The notes under the pieces were generated by a model that had not been told where the DNA came from, did not search any database, and was given only the letters and a program-made list of their open reading frames with translations. From assembly GCA_965202585.1 (NCBI GenBank), contig OZ241832.1, positions 51,894,001 to 51,958,000 of the forward strand: a DNA stretch of 64,000 nucleotides. The letters are read 5' to 3'. Made by a program: the position numbers and the translations under genes. Source of the stretch: Thalia democratica. Lineage: Eukaryota. Below, piece after piece: positions 12,201-24,910 of the stretch; position 1 is the first letter of the stretch; the number at the start of each line of letters is the position of its first letter.

Positions 12201-15200
12201 CTAAGACAAAAAAATTCAGTTCAGAGTCTTGTGGGTTAGTGTTTGAAAATAAAATTAAAAAGATATTTTCACACCTCTGCTTAATTTTTAGCCTGATATA
12301 GAAGAATGATATTTTGCTTTTTAAATATTCAATTTAAGGAAGTTTTGCTTAAAGTTTTGTAAATTTTTCATCTTAAATGTGTATATTAAAATTATTATTA
12401 TTCTATTAATACTTGTTTATTTGCTTTAGAAATAGCAACTTGCTATTTTTTAAAGGTGGATTCTACGACGCGGGGGACACTATCAAGTTCGGGTTTCCGA
12501 TGGCGTTTTCGATGACGATGCTGGCGTGGGGCGGGATCGAGTTCTTCGATGTTTACAAGCAGACGGACGAGCTGCAGTTCCTGATGAAGAACCTGGTGTG
12601 GGGGTCCCACTACATCACAAAGTGCCACACTTCCAAATATGAGTTTTACGCCCAAGTTTGTTTTGTTAAACTGATATTTTTTAATTAACACAAAAATTGC
12701 GAACATAATCATAAAGTTACAAAACAAGCTATAAGACTCTTCGTAACTAAACGCGTGTTGTTTGTTATAAAAATTTTTGTAAAAAAAAATTTTTTTTTAA
12801 TAGTTTTCGTGTAACTCAGGTTGGCGACCCGGAAAAAGAGCACAAAGACTGGGACCGGCCGGAAGACGTGCCGCACAACCGACCAGCGTTCAAAGTGACG
12901 GCCAAAAAACCGGGAAGCGATCTGGTGTTTGAGGCATCAGCGGCGTTGTACGCTACATCCATACTGTTCAATAAAATTTATAACAGTCAGTCTTGTTTAT
13001 GTCATAGCATAAAACTTGAGTACAATTTCTCTAAATGTGTTTTAGTACATGCACTTGTAGTATACTACTCAAAGAAACTTGTAATAGATAGTTTAAGATT
13101 GCTAAAAAAAAGTTTCATAATAAAAAAAAAGACTTTTAACTTTTTTTTAAACTAGTGTTGATATTTATAAGATTGTATATAAAAGAACAGATGTTTAAAA
13201 CTATATAACATATATAATAATGATTTTCAGAAACCACCCAGTACGAAGAAATGCTGAAAAAGCACGCCTTCGAGCTGATGGAGTTCGGGGAAGCCCACCA
13301 GGGATTGTACCACTTTGCCGTGCCACTGGCGAAAGATTGGTACAAGTCGACCGGGTACAAGGACGAATACGTGTGGGCAAAACTGTGGCAGTACAGGGCC
13401 ACCGGAAACAAAACTCATTATGATAAGGTACATGGGTTTTATGATGCGTTTGATTTTGAATTGAGAATTATTTTTTTCAATTTTTATCTACAATTAAAAA
13501 AAAATATTTTCAATTGTTTTAACCAAAAAAAAGAGTGGTTTGTAAGTTATTTTATATGTGCATTGTTAAAATATTTTTGCATTGAAATTCTAACATTTTC
13601 AATTTTTACACGACATTTATTAATACATTTTTTTACTTGAATCTCATCAGATAACAATCATAATAATTTGTATTTGAGTTGTGAAATATTTCTTAATATA
13701 AGCAAATTAATGCTTCAATTAGCAGACTTAGTTGTAGTTTTAGATATTTAGTTGCAATTTTAATACTTTTATAAGGATAAAAGCAGACGATAGTTAGATT
13801 TTAGAGCACTGGATATCTGTTATAGTTGTTATTATCAAAAACAGTTGTTTTTAAATACATATTTTCAATTTTCAAATTCTAAAATTAATATAGCAACAAA
13901 TAAAACTCTTTATAATGTTATTTTTCAGGCTATTGGAATGTACTACAACTGGGGTTTGTTCAAGCAAAACAACAAGTGGTTTTCGTGGGATGACAAAACT
14001 AATGGCCTGCAAATGCTGATTGCTCAAGTTAGTTTGTTTGTAAACATTCAAAAGTGTTGTTGTTAGTACCAGGAGCGTAACTTGAATAAATTTTTTATGA
14101 AAAAAGCGACAAAAGAACGCAAATAACGTACGACGCTTAGTACCAACTAGAACCTGAGTAACTTTCAAAATTTCCTTTGAAACTTTTCAGTTTTGAAAAA
14201 CGGAAAAAAATTACGCAGGATTTAACAATTCAAAATAAGACTAAACATTTGTTTGTAGTTTTAACATTCTCATAAAAAAACTATGCTTTGCAAATATAAC
14301 TCTAAAACATTTTTTGTATTTAATGTAATAAAATTTGAACTTTTTATTTAGTTTTTTGCATTTTAACAACTTCAGTTAGAGTTGACGTAGTTATAATTAA
14401 GTTGTGAGAACAAAAATTCATTCTATCTCAAAATGTATCAAAATACTATTTTCAAAGATAGGAAACAAGCATAAAAAAGGAGCTGAAGAAACAATTGAAA
14501 ATTATTGTAAAAGTCTTAATTTAAAAGAAAGAAAAACGAAAAAAGGACTTTTGTTCTTAAATGAATGGGCTCCATTGCGCTATTCAGGTAGCTACATTTT
14601 GTGAAGATAAATTTTATTTTAACTTAGTTTTAATTTAAACACAAATCTAAAACATAATAGATAAGTTGATATTATATATTTACTTACTATGTACTTATTG
14701 ATTTTTAACATCTATTTTAGCTTAGTCGTCTATCTGATGGCCAGAATAAAATAGCCATTATAAAAAGTCGACGAAACATCAATTTGTTAAACTTTCAACA
14801 GTTCCAACTACTTTTCTTTATTATTTAACAGCAAACGCCGCACTCATCTGTGTGATGGCCGCGCTTGAGGGAGTCAACTTTGATGAGAACATCGAGTTTT
14901 CAACCGAGCAACTGGACTACATGCTCGGCAGCTCGGGTAGGAGCTATGTGGTGGGTTTCGGTAAAAACTACCCGAAAAGACCTCATCACCGGGGAAGCAC
15001 ATGCCCTAACGTGAAACAACGGTCAGCAATGTGAAGCGTTGTTATCAACTTAACATTTTTTATACTAAAGTCACCACGTTAGCGAAAATAAACGTCCTCT
15101 TACATATTTTTGTTGACTTTTATTTGATTCCAATAATCGTCAAAACATTATTACTGAAGTATGTTAAAAGCTTAAATATTTTTTCAATTACTTATCAAAA

Positions 15201-15865
15201 ATGTAGTTGTTCGTGGGATGTGTTCAACTCGAAAATTCCGAACCACAACGTTTTGTACGGAGCGCTGGTGGGAGGTCCTAATGATCAGGACGTTTTTGAT
15301 GACGACAGGAGAAATTTCAAGCAGAATGAAGTGGCACTCGATTACAATGCCGGTTTTCAGGTTAAATATCTTAAAATTTTAAACAAAAGTAATTATTATT
15401 TAAAAAACTTCTTGTAATTTTAAGTTGAGATGATATTTTTAAACAGCTTATTACTAAAAAATTTAAAAAATAAATGATCAAAAATGGATTATCTTTTAAT
15501 TTTTTGATTCAAAAACTAAACAATTATAATTAACTAGAGAATTTTAACTTTTCTTTTAAATCTTACCAGTTTTAAAATTCAAAACATAAAATGCTTGCAA
15601 CTTAGTTATTTTTTTATTCTAGGGACTGGTATCTGGAGTTTTACAAAATGCAATTTATTCTAAACTTGGTTTAAGCAAAGAAGAGAAAAAAGCGAAAACA
15701 ATTGAGAAAAGATCGAGGGAGGCTTGGTATAAGCATTACGAAGAGTATATAGAAGCTTACAATGAAGAAAACAATATTGAACCAGAGAACTCCGCACATT
15801 CAATCCATAACTTTTTCGTCGTTATATCGGCGGTTTTTATCACAACTTTAGGTCAATTTTTATAA
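9263..15865 (+). CDS. Endo-beta-1,4-glucanase (GH9) with signal peptide, CBM2-like module, Thr-rich linker and GPI-like tail; exons 9263-9403, 10089-10172, 10961-11068, 11197-11366, 11521-12074, 12456-12655, 12820-12985, 13231-13427, 13929-14027, 14458-14587, 14832-15021, 15207-15360, 15623-15865
   Basis: All 13 exons join with consistent phases. GH9 motifs: [17 protein letters not shown]-like segment ([17 protein letters not shown]), [41 protein letters not shown] and [11 protein letters not shown]. The N-terminal module reads SWKDGF...YWTITF...[12 protein letters not shown]. Confidence 0.9.
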
Positions 15866-16598
15866 ATGTTGTGCTTTTCTAAACTGATGATGCTGCTTCA
15901 TTTTTATTTTTATCTTTTTAAGATTAAATTAATCTTTTCACTGCTCTTTTACTATGCTTAAGTAACAATACTTTATTCTTTGAAATCTTAAAAACAAAAA
16001 AAAGTAGTTTCTATTAAAAGATGCTCAAACTAAAATCCTTGAAAGTGTAACTTCACTAAACTTTAAAAACAATAAAACATATTTATAAATACATACAATA
16101 TGAGTTATAAACTACTTATGCGTATGATATTCTTTATGTTGCTTTTCCTTTTAACACTTCTGAATTTTTTTAAAGGATAAACTTTGTGCAAGATTTTTTT
16201 TAATCAATTGTAGTTTTCAAAAGTTTATTAATATTTAGCTATCTTTGAAAGTTATTTTTTCCAAAGCTGAAATGAATATGAAAACGAGTTGACGATGTGT
16301 AAGTATTTGAGCAGTATATTAATTAAAAGGTATATAACAGATATTTCATTTATCACTAAAAAAGTAAGTTAATTTTATTCGAAAAAGAATTGTTTTACGT
16401 TAACCGTCTGTAAAACGTTAAATTAGTTATCATAAAAAAAAAACTTTTAATTATGGAGGAATAAACGTACAACTTTTGAATTACTAAAATAATAATATAC
16501 TTTAAAGGATTTAGAAGTTTTGCTTTACAAAAGTATAAGGAGCACTCATTTTAAGACTCACTTCATTAAAATTCAAGACTGTTAAAGTTTCTCAAACT

Positions 16599-17172
16599 TT
16601 AAAACCAATTATACTTTGTCTTTACCTCAAAAATAATAAACCGGCAACTCAACTCCTCGTCCCCAACCCCGCGGTTGCGGCGGGGACCGCAGTAGTTGGG
16701 GGAAGAAAACAAGGTCACGCCCTTACCACCTTTCGTCCCAACCTGAACCCCGAGTCCTTGACCTCGTGACCTCTGACCAGCAGGTCCAAGTCGAACTTCT
16801 CCAAAAACTCCTCCAACTGCCTCGTACCGAACGTGAACGAACGACCGCAAACTTTTTTTGGCACGAAACCGTCGAGTTCGTTTGGGCACGTACCCCTCCG
16901 GCGGCACGCCGCATGTGCCGAATCTGGTCAAAGTTTTTAAGGTAGGGGGAAATCCCTCCGTGGCAGCAGAATACTTTTCCCGCGACGACGGCAGCCACGG
17001 GCAGGCAGCGGAACACGTCGTTAAAGTTTCTCCACGCTTTTGCGCTGTACTTGCGCTTGCACTCGTCGTAGAAGCCGTAGCTTTTGTTGACGTCATCGCT
17101 CTCATGGTTGCCCCTGACGACGAAAATGTTTTCAGGAAACGTTATTTTGAAGGCCATTAGAAGTAATAAAGC
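16599..17172 (-). pseudogene. 5'-deleted, frameshifted copy of the PP1-like gene
   Basis: Highly similar to 2746-3348 (LMAF...RGNHESDDVNKSYGFYDECKRKY...SPNYCG). It has several short deletions that shift frame and lacks the GDIHG and GDYVDRG half. Confidence 0.92.
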
Positions 17173-18397
17173 ATTTAGGAACCGTCCTTAATACTTTTTT
17201 GAATATTTACAGTCTGTTTAAGCATAAAAAGTTATGCCATTCAATAAAAAAGTAATTTCTACTAACCAGTATAAGTATTACTATTATAAAACATTTTTTT
17301 TGTTATTAGCTGTTTTTGCTGATCAATTTCATAAGCAAGAAGTACTCGACAGTTTCTGACTCTTTTTTTTCAATTGAAAAACTATTTCAGAAATCTTTCA
17401 AAAGGTTTTTACATTTATTATTAATCTAAATCCTCTATTTAGAGTAGTGATGTACCGGACTCACTATCCGGGTCTGGATCCGACCGGATATTGCCATTTT
17501 TGGATTTTGATCCGGGTCCGGCCGGATCTTAACAGAGAACCGGCCGATTCGGATCTAGTTAGTAAAAAAGAGCATACAGAAAAGTATTTTTTCAAAAACA
17601 AACCCTTTGTAAACTAAAAAGAGTCATTTTCGTCAGTTAAAATTAAACACCTACCGTGATTGGCCCATTTAAAACACGTGACTAATTTACATTTGTTTAC
17701 ATTAAAACTATGAAATAAAAATTTCAGAAATGCAACTCTTTACCTATGTTGTAAAATTTAAAACTTTACTACCAAATTCTTAGGCTAGTTTTAAGATTTT
17801 TTGAAAAACTCATGCTAGTTTTCTTTTAGATTTTGAATGAGTTTAAGCTGATCCAGTTTTCAATATTTTGTGATTTTCTAGTTAATTTTGTTCAAGAACT
17901 TGATTTTTATTGATTTTAGATTGGTAAGGCTATAAGAGGGGTCCTTCTTGATTTTTACAAGTTGATCTTATTTAATAGATTTTAATCTTAGCTTCCAGAT
18001 ATTGATCTGTGATGTACTTTATCTTTCTATCAATTTTCCTTATACTAAATTAAAAGTTATACATAGTTTTTTTTAACTTTTGTAGAAATGAAATTTTGAA
18101 ACTACAAATGAAAGCTCCACCTTTTAAATGAAAACTAGTGATGTACCGGACTCACTATCCGGGTCCGGATCCGGCCGGATATTGCCATTTTTGTCTGATA
18201 TCCGGATCCAGCCGAATCTTGATATGAAAAATAAGTCCTGTATAAGTATTTACCTAGCTTTCATTATGTTTTCTTGTACAGATTTTATCATTCTTTTAAT
18301 TAGTTTGTAAATAAACTCAACAAAGAAAGATATATTTATTTATGATAAAATCTTATTCAAATAGATTGACCGTGATTGCTCAACTGTCCATGAAGAA

Positions 18398-21300
18398 TTG
18401 CAAACTTGTGATTGTATACCTATAACTCCTTCCCCTGATAGGCCAAAGGAGTTGCCATTTGCTTGCATTCCTGCAAATAATCAAAAGATGAGAGAATGGC
18501 TTTTAAATAGGTACGCATCATCTACATTTAATAAATGTACTCACCAACTGCTTCCAGAAATGACAGGTCCACCTTTGAAAATACATATTGACCAAGATGC
18601 CATTCCTAAAGCAATTCCAAAACATTGGGAAAATGAGGTGAAAGAAACTTTGGATAGGGATACTCGATTAGGTGTACTTGGTAAGACTCCAGTTGGTGTT
18701 CCGTCTACTTGGGTACATCGTATGTTTGTGGTTGCTAAAGCTGATGGTAGCTGTAGAAGAGTTGTTGACCTCTCACCTTTAAATAAGTATTGTGTACGAG
18801 AAACACATCATGTAAAGCCTCCATTCATTCAAATATGTGAAATTCCTGCAAATACTTGGAAAAGTGTGACCGATGCATGGAATGGGTTTCATTCAGTACC
18901 ACTTCGTCCAGAAGATCATCATCTCACAACATTTCTTACTCCATGGGGAAGGTACTACTACAAAGTAGCACCACAAGGTTATTTGGCAAGTGGAGATGCA
19001 TATACGCGCAGGTATGATGAAATTATAATACTTCAAACATTATCAGCTAATTCATATTTAATGCAAAAACAAATAAATAAAACACTCTCTCAAGTTTTTT
19101 TGTGATAGTTTATACGTATTACACTACTTTTCGTCAGAACTTAACAGTAGAACAATTCTAAAACTATGAATAAGTTTTTAAACAAAAACACAAAAAGTTA
19201 AAACTAACAAAGTAATAAGCACAATAAATAATCAGTGTAAAGTAATAAATAATTAAACTCAAATACTACTAACGGATAAAAAATAGATAATTTAACTAAA
19301 TAAAGACACTTTATAATCAAATTCCTTCTGTTTACACAGTTCTGGTTTCTCCAAAAATATAGAGATAGCCTCCAACTTCACGAGATCAAACACACTATTG
19401 CAATGATGGATTATTTTAAATCTGGATATGTCATATTTCCTAGCACAATCTCTATTATTTATTAGATGTTCTGCAACTGAAGATCTTTTTGCTGCGTTTT
19501 TTGTTGCTATTGTCTTTATTTCAGGTTCTTGTTCGATGAATTTCAATACACAAGCAGGTAGATGTTCTTTTATCCTGGTTTTTAAGTGCCTAGAGGTCTG
19601 CCCGATATAGCTCTTTTCGCAAGAGCAATTAAACTTGTATACTACACAACTTTTGTCTTTGTCTGGTATCGGGTACTTCAATTGCACTTTTATTAAAGAT
19701 TTTGAAAGAAATATAACTCTTGGAAGCACTTGATTGTAAGATGTTTTTGTTAAGTCTTTTAGTTTGCTCTCAAATACTCGTGATTTTTCTCCAATATAAG
19801 GTAGTTTTAATATTGCTGGGAACTTCTCCGGTCCAAATAGTCTAGGTTGATTTATGTTATTGTGGTGTGATTTTATCACCTTCTTAATCAGATCTGGTGG
19901 GTAACCATTTTTTATTAGAATTTCTTTTATTCTCTCAACCTCTGAATGAAGTAATTCTTTCGTTTTTGTTTAAAAACTTATTCATAGTTTTAGAATTGTT
20001 CTACTGTTAAGTTCTGACGAAAAGTAGTGTAATACGTATAAACTATCACAAAAAAACTTGAGAAATTATAATAGACATACCTAGAAAGACAAAATGCGTT
20101 GATGACACTGTTTTATGGGATGAGGAGTTGGCTGATCAATGGTGGCGTATGATTGACTATTTAGATTTAATGGGAAAAAATGGAGTTGTACTCAATCCTG
20201 AAAAGTTTCATTTTGCACAAAAACAAATAGATTTTGCTGGATTTACTATTACGAAATCTGAAATTAGGCCACAAAAAAAGTTCATAAATGCGATAAGAGA
20301 TTTTCCTATACCCAAGTCAATAACAGATGTGCGATCATGGTTTGGCTTAGTGCACCAAGTTTCACACTACAACCAATTGACTTCTTTGATGATTGTATTT
20401 AAGCCGTTATTAAGTCCAAAAACTAAATTTTACTGGAATGACGAGCTAGATGATACATTCTACAAATCAAGAGAAGCTATAGTTGCAGCCATAACAAAGG
20501 GAATACAAATTTTTGATTTGGGAAAGCCCACTTGTATACAGCCAGACTGGTCTACAACTGGTATTGGTTACTTTTTGTCGCAGAAACATTGCTCTTGTAA
20601 GTCTGCTGTGCCAGGATGTTGTCAAACTGGATGGCGTATTGTTTTAGCAGGCTCTCGCTTTCTTAGACCTTCTGAATCACGTTATGCTGCGGTAGAGGGA
20701 GAAAGCCTTGCAATTGTATGGGCACTTGAGCAATCACGGTATTTTACACAAGGATGTGATAATTTGTTGGTTCTGACTGATCACAAACCACTGGTTAAAT
20801 TATTTGGAGACACAACACTTGATGAGATTGCAAACCCCCGCTTTTTCCGGTTAAAGCAGAGAAGTCTTTTATGGCGATTCAAGATTCTACATAAACCTGG
20901 TAAACTACACCTTGCTCCAGATGCAATGTCACGTCATCCAGTGGAAACCATTCATAAAACAAAAGATGAAGTTGAGATAAGTACTTCTGAAATTTTAGCT
21001 GGAATACGTTTGCCAGACAGTGAGTGTATCATTGCAAGTAATCAAGTAGGTGACAATTTTCAAGCTGTGACTTTTGACCGAGTTAAAGAAGAAACTTTAA
21101 AAGATAAACAAATGATGAAGCTTATTCATTATGTTCAAGCTGGTTTTCCAGAGACCAAAGACCACCTACCATTAGAATTGCATGAGTTTTGGATAGCTCG
21201 CTATTCTTTGTTTATGATGGATGGGGTCATTATGTGTGGTGATCGTAAACGAGAACTTGATCATAATAAGCTTCTATCACCTAGCAGTATATTCCAGGAT

Positions 21301-22500
21301 GATGTGTATAGAATTGTTATTCCTCCGTCATTAAGAAAAGAGGTTTTAAGAGTGCTGCATTCTGCTCATCAAGGATTCACTGCAATGAACGAGTGAGCAA
21401 AATCGATTGTTTATTGGCCGGGAATAACAAATGACATTCAAGGTTGTCGAGAAAATTGCAATAGTTGTAACTTAATTGCACCAAGCAATCCTCGCCTACC
21501 TCCAATTGAACCATTGATTCCAAAGGTTCCTTTTGAGTCAATTGTTTGTGATTATTTTCATTTCAAAGGTAGGTATTATTTTGTAGCTGCCGACAGACTT
21601 TCAGGTTGGACAGAACAACAAAAAATCAAATTGGGTACAAATGATTCTGGTTCAAAAGGGCTGTGTAAAGCTTTGCGTCGTATTTTTGTGACTTTTGGTG
21701 TTTCAGTTGAAATATCTTCTGATGGAGGTCCAGAATTTTCTGCAAAAGTTACCAAAGATTTTCTGAAACGATGGGGTATACACCATCGTATGTCATCTGC
21801 ATATCATCCAGTGTCAAACGGTAGGGCGGAATTAGCAGTAAAGGCCTCTAAGCGATTGTTAATGGAGAATGTTAGTTCAAATGGTGAACTAAATAATGAC
21901 AAAATGGTACAAGCTTTACTTACGCAGAGAAACACGCCTGATCCAGGATGCAAACTATCACCTGCACAGATCCTTCTGGGACGAAATTTAAAGGACTCAT
22001 TGCCATACCTCAGGAAGAGTATTATGGCTTACAATAACCCGCAGATCTTAAACATTTGGCGTAACGCATGGAGTAAAAAGGAAGAAGCTCTTAGGTCTCG
22101 TTATGTTAAGTCTCTCGAAAATTTAAGTGAGCACACAAGATTGTTGCCACCACTGAATTGCGGTGATCATGTCATGATACAGAATCAAGCAGGTAACTTC
22201 CCTAACAAGTGGGGGAAAAGTGGTGTAGTAGTAGAGCTAAAAGACTATTATCAGTATGTTGTCAAGATTGATGGATCAGGTCGCTTAACTGTACGAAATC
22301 GAAAGTTTTTAAGAAAATTTAATCCTCCTGTTTGCAAATCTCAAAATAGTATCCCTTATCTTAAAAAAGCAAACATACCAATGCAGAAGTTTGTTTTTTC
22401 TGGCAACGATGAGAGAAAAGATTCCAAGGAAAGTTTTGACGGTGTGCGCTCCCAGAAAGGAATACGTTTCAAAGCTGGAGATAACTTTGACAAAATTTGA
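18398..22500 (+). pseudogene. Gypsy pol (RT, RNase H, integrase), interrupted
   Basis: RT motifs RRVVDLSPLN, DAWNGFHS and YYYKVAPQG are split from CVDD (about 20095) by the Penelope insert. RNase H: DWS...YAAVEGE...TDHKPL. Integrase: HSAHQG, a premature TGA at 21394-21396, then CDYF...SDGGPEF...SNGRAE. Confidence 0.92.
19031..20061 (-). mobile_element. 5'-truncated Penelope-like retroelement with GIY-YIG endonuclease and an inverted terminal repeat
   Basis: ORF 19292-19879 contains VVYKFNCSCEKSYIGQTSRHLKTRIKEH. A 102-bp inverted repeat spans 19088-19189 vs 19962-20063. The 12-bp TSD GAAATTATAATA lies at 19019-19030 and 20062-20073. Confidence 0.92.
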
Positions 22501-23043
22501 AAAACACAACCAGCTACCTTCATTTCACCTGAAGACTCAAATTGCATGGATGAAAGCCAATCCTCTACAAATCAGAAAAATGGTGTATTGTCTCGTTTGA
22601 ACCCTAATGATAAATCTAGGGTATCTGAAAGAGATTTTAATGATGATGGAGTGTTTCCAGAAAACGAACTCCGTCGTTCCGGTCGTGTAAGAACCCGGAG
22701 AAAGATTTATGATGCCGAAAGTGGTACATACAAACCTGTTTAAACTGTTGTTAAAATAATTGTTTTTGTACAAATTGTAACTATGTTAATTGTAACATTT
22801 TGTGGTTTTCGTTCGTTTCGAGTGTTGTTTTGTTGATGTTAGCACAGAAAACTGTATTTAAGTTTGCAATTTTTGTAAATAATTGTTTTGTTAAATAGAC
22901 GTGTCGTTTCATCTCCTATGTGATAAAATCTGGGGGGAGATGTATAAGTATTTACCTAGCTTTCATTATGTTTTCATGTACAGATTTTATCATTCTTTTA
23001 ATTAGTTTGTAAATAAACTCAACAAAGAAAGATATTATATTTA

Positions 23044-23220
23044 AGTCCGGATCCGGTTCCGGCCGGATTCTAATTTGAAAAAAAAGTCCGGATTCGGTTC
23101 CGGCCGGATCTTAATATGAAAAAAAGTCCGATTTCGGTTCCGGCCGGATTCTTATTTGAAAAAAAAAGTCCAGATCCGGGTCCGGCCGGATCCTAATTTG
23201 AAAAAAAACTCCAGGTCCGG
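23044..23220. repeat. About 40-bp tandem subterminal repeats of the hAT element
   Basis: Four to five units of AAGTCCGGATCCGGTTCCGGCCGGATTCTAATTTGAAAAAA-like sequence. Confidence 0.85.
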
Positions 23221-24821
23221 TACATCACTAATTTTGAGTGGTTAGCCCCAATAAATTTCAATTAGTTTTTATTTTGTAAATTTAATCTAAGAGCTTTGTT
23301 AAATTCAATAGGTTTTTTCAGTCAATTAACTATATTACTTGACATCGCTTATGCAAAACTAATGTTAGATTTATCATTTGTTTAAATTTTAAGTTTATGC
23401 ATTGTTTTTTTTTTCTAATATTTTGTTGTTGAACTTATAAACAAAGGTGAAACTTTAAGAGTTTTATGTGGCTAGATTTGCATAAGTTTTACAGTTTTTT
23501 ATTGTTAGTTTCAGGTCATAAGTAAGATAGCAATTTATATACAGGGTAATGCTTTGCATTTAATTTAATTAAGCTATTTAATCTTTAAATTCATCGTTTT
23601 AAAAAATATATGTCTATTCATTTCCAAGCAAGTTTAATTCGTAACTGAACTAGTAACAACAGAAATCTGTTTAGTTCAATCGAGCAGTAGATAAGTACTG
23701 TAAATAGTCACTAAAAAAGTTTACAGTAAGCACAGTTTCCTATCAAGAAAATAAAGATAGAAGTTTATTTTTTAGAGGTAACGTGAATATTTTTAATAAC
23801 TTTTATTTTGTGTAATATGCATTAAATAAATTAGAGATAGTAAGTCGAAGGCTATGTAATACAAAACTAATTGGCTTTCAAAAATTCTGTGTTAACAAGA
23901 CTATTATTTGTTTACTTTTTGAAATAAATTTTTTTAAACCCACTGACAGCTTACTCAGCTAACTAACATACTTATTTGAACAAGTTTTAGAGTGTATTAG
24001 CTCATGTTTGTACGTTTTTTTGTATTTATTAATTAATTATTCAATCAAGTTCTTTTTTCTTTTACCCAACATATTTTTTCATGCTCCTAGATCAAGGTAA
24101 AAAATTTAAAGTACACAATTTAAACTAATAAACATATTTAATAGCTATTATTTAAAATAAAAAAATTATATTTATCAAATAATTTATTATTATATTGTTT
24201 ATTGTGCAATGTTGGACTCAGGCATCAAAACCTGAGCCACTTAAACAGGACACACAAAAAGATAAAAAGAAAATAAACTTATATTCAAAACTTTAAGATA
24301 AATTATATATATATATATAAACATAATTTAAATGAAAATACAAAGTTAAACACAATATGATAAACAAATGGTCTAAATTGAAAATTCAGTTCAAAAAATT
24401 CAAATTTATATATTACTTAGTACACACAGTAAAGAAGTTTGTCTAAAATCATGGCTTATAAAACAAAATAAGTTAATAAACAAAATTATTTGTTATATTA
24501 CTGTAAATATAATTTTCACTAGTAATTACTGTGGGTTTTACCATTACTAAAAATAAGTCATCCAATAGTGTTAAAAATATTTTATACACAAGTGTAACTG
24601 TATAAAAAATATAAGGCTAGTGTTCTTGACCATAATTTATTTATAATAATTAAAACTATTCAATGATTTATTACAAGTTATATTTTTTTTAATGACTGTG
24701 TATAAAATATAAAACTTAAAAAAATATTTTATAAAACTATACAACTTTCTTTATTAAGTTATAGCTTTACTGATTTCAAAAAATAGCTGAATAACGCTAC
24801 ATATATATATTTATTTATTTG

Positions 24822-24910
24822 TTATTGAACGATAAAAAAAGCGCTCAAAAAGTTTGGTCTAAGGACCTGGTGTACAAAGTAACCTTTCGGTTATCGAGTC
24901 GTACACCACA
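24822..24910 (-). repeat. Dispersed hairpin element, copy B
   Basis: rc reads TGGTGTAC-GACTCGA-TAACC-GAAA-GGTTA-CTTT-GTACACCA...GAGCGCTTTTTTTATCGTTCAATAA, homologous to 43001-43097. Confidence 0.75.

Larger units (their letters stand above)
18239..23043 (+). mobile_element. Defective Ty3/Gypsy LTR retrotransposon (gag/protease deleted) with LTRs of about 104 bp
   Basis: LTRs at 18239-18342 and 22941-23043 start TGTATAAG and differ by one substitution plus a terminal indel. PPT TGGGGGGAGA at 22931-22940. TSD AGTCC at 18234-18238 and 23044-23048. Gene order is RT-RNaseH-IN. Confidence 0.92.
17445..23230. mobile_element. Non-autonomous hAT-like DNA transposon with a duplicated left end (second copy at 18136)
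   Basis: 16-bp TIR TAGTGATGTACCGGAC / GTCCGGTACATCACTA. 8-bp TSD ATTTAGAG (17437-17444) vs ATTTTGAG (23231-23238). CCGG-rich subterminal repeats. Confidence 0.85.
15950..23500. repeat. Right arm of the inverted segmental duplication, with an internal deletion of about 2.2 kb and a nested transposon insertion
   Basis: Reverse complement of the window start. The segment equivalent to about 565-2745 is missing and 17445-23230 is inserted. Boundaries are approximate. Confidence 0.78.

Noticed and set aside
20005-20062. CTGACGA in the Penelope terminal repeat as a hammerhead
   Set aside because: A stem I-like pairing exists (AAGTT/AACTT), but there is no GAAA or properly placed NUH. At best it is a degenerate relic.
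23044-23220. CRISPR-like array
   Set aside because: Eukaryotic context, contiguous repeats without unique spacers, and located inside a TIR element.
24170-24260. Stem-loop (CTCAGG/CCTGAG) plus AT tail, and ORF 42109-42312, as LINE 3' ends
   Set aside because: Plausible but too short or degenerate to assign from sequence alone.
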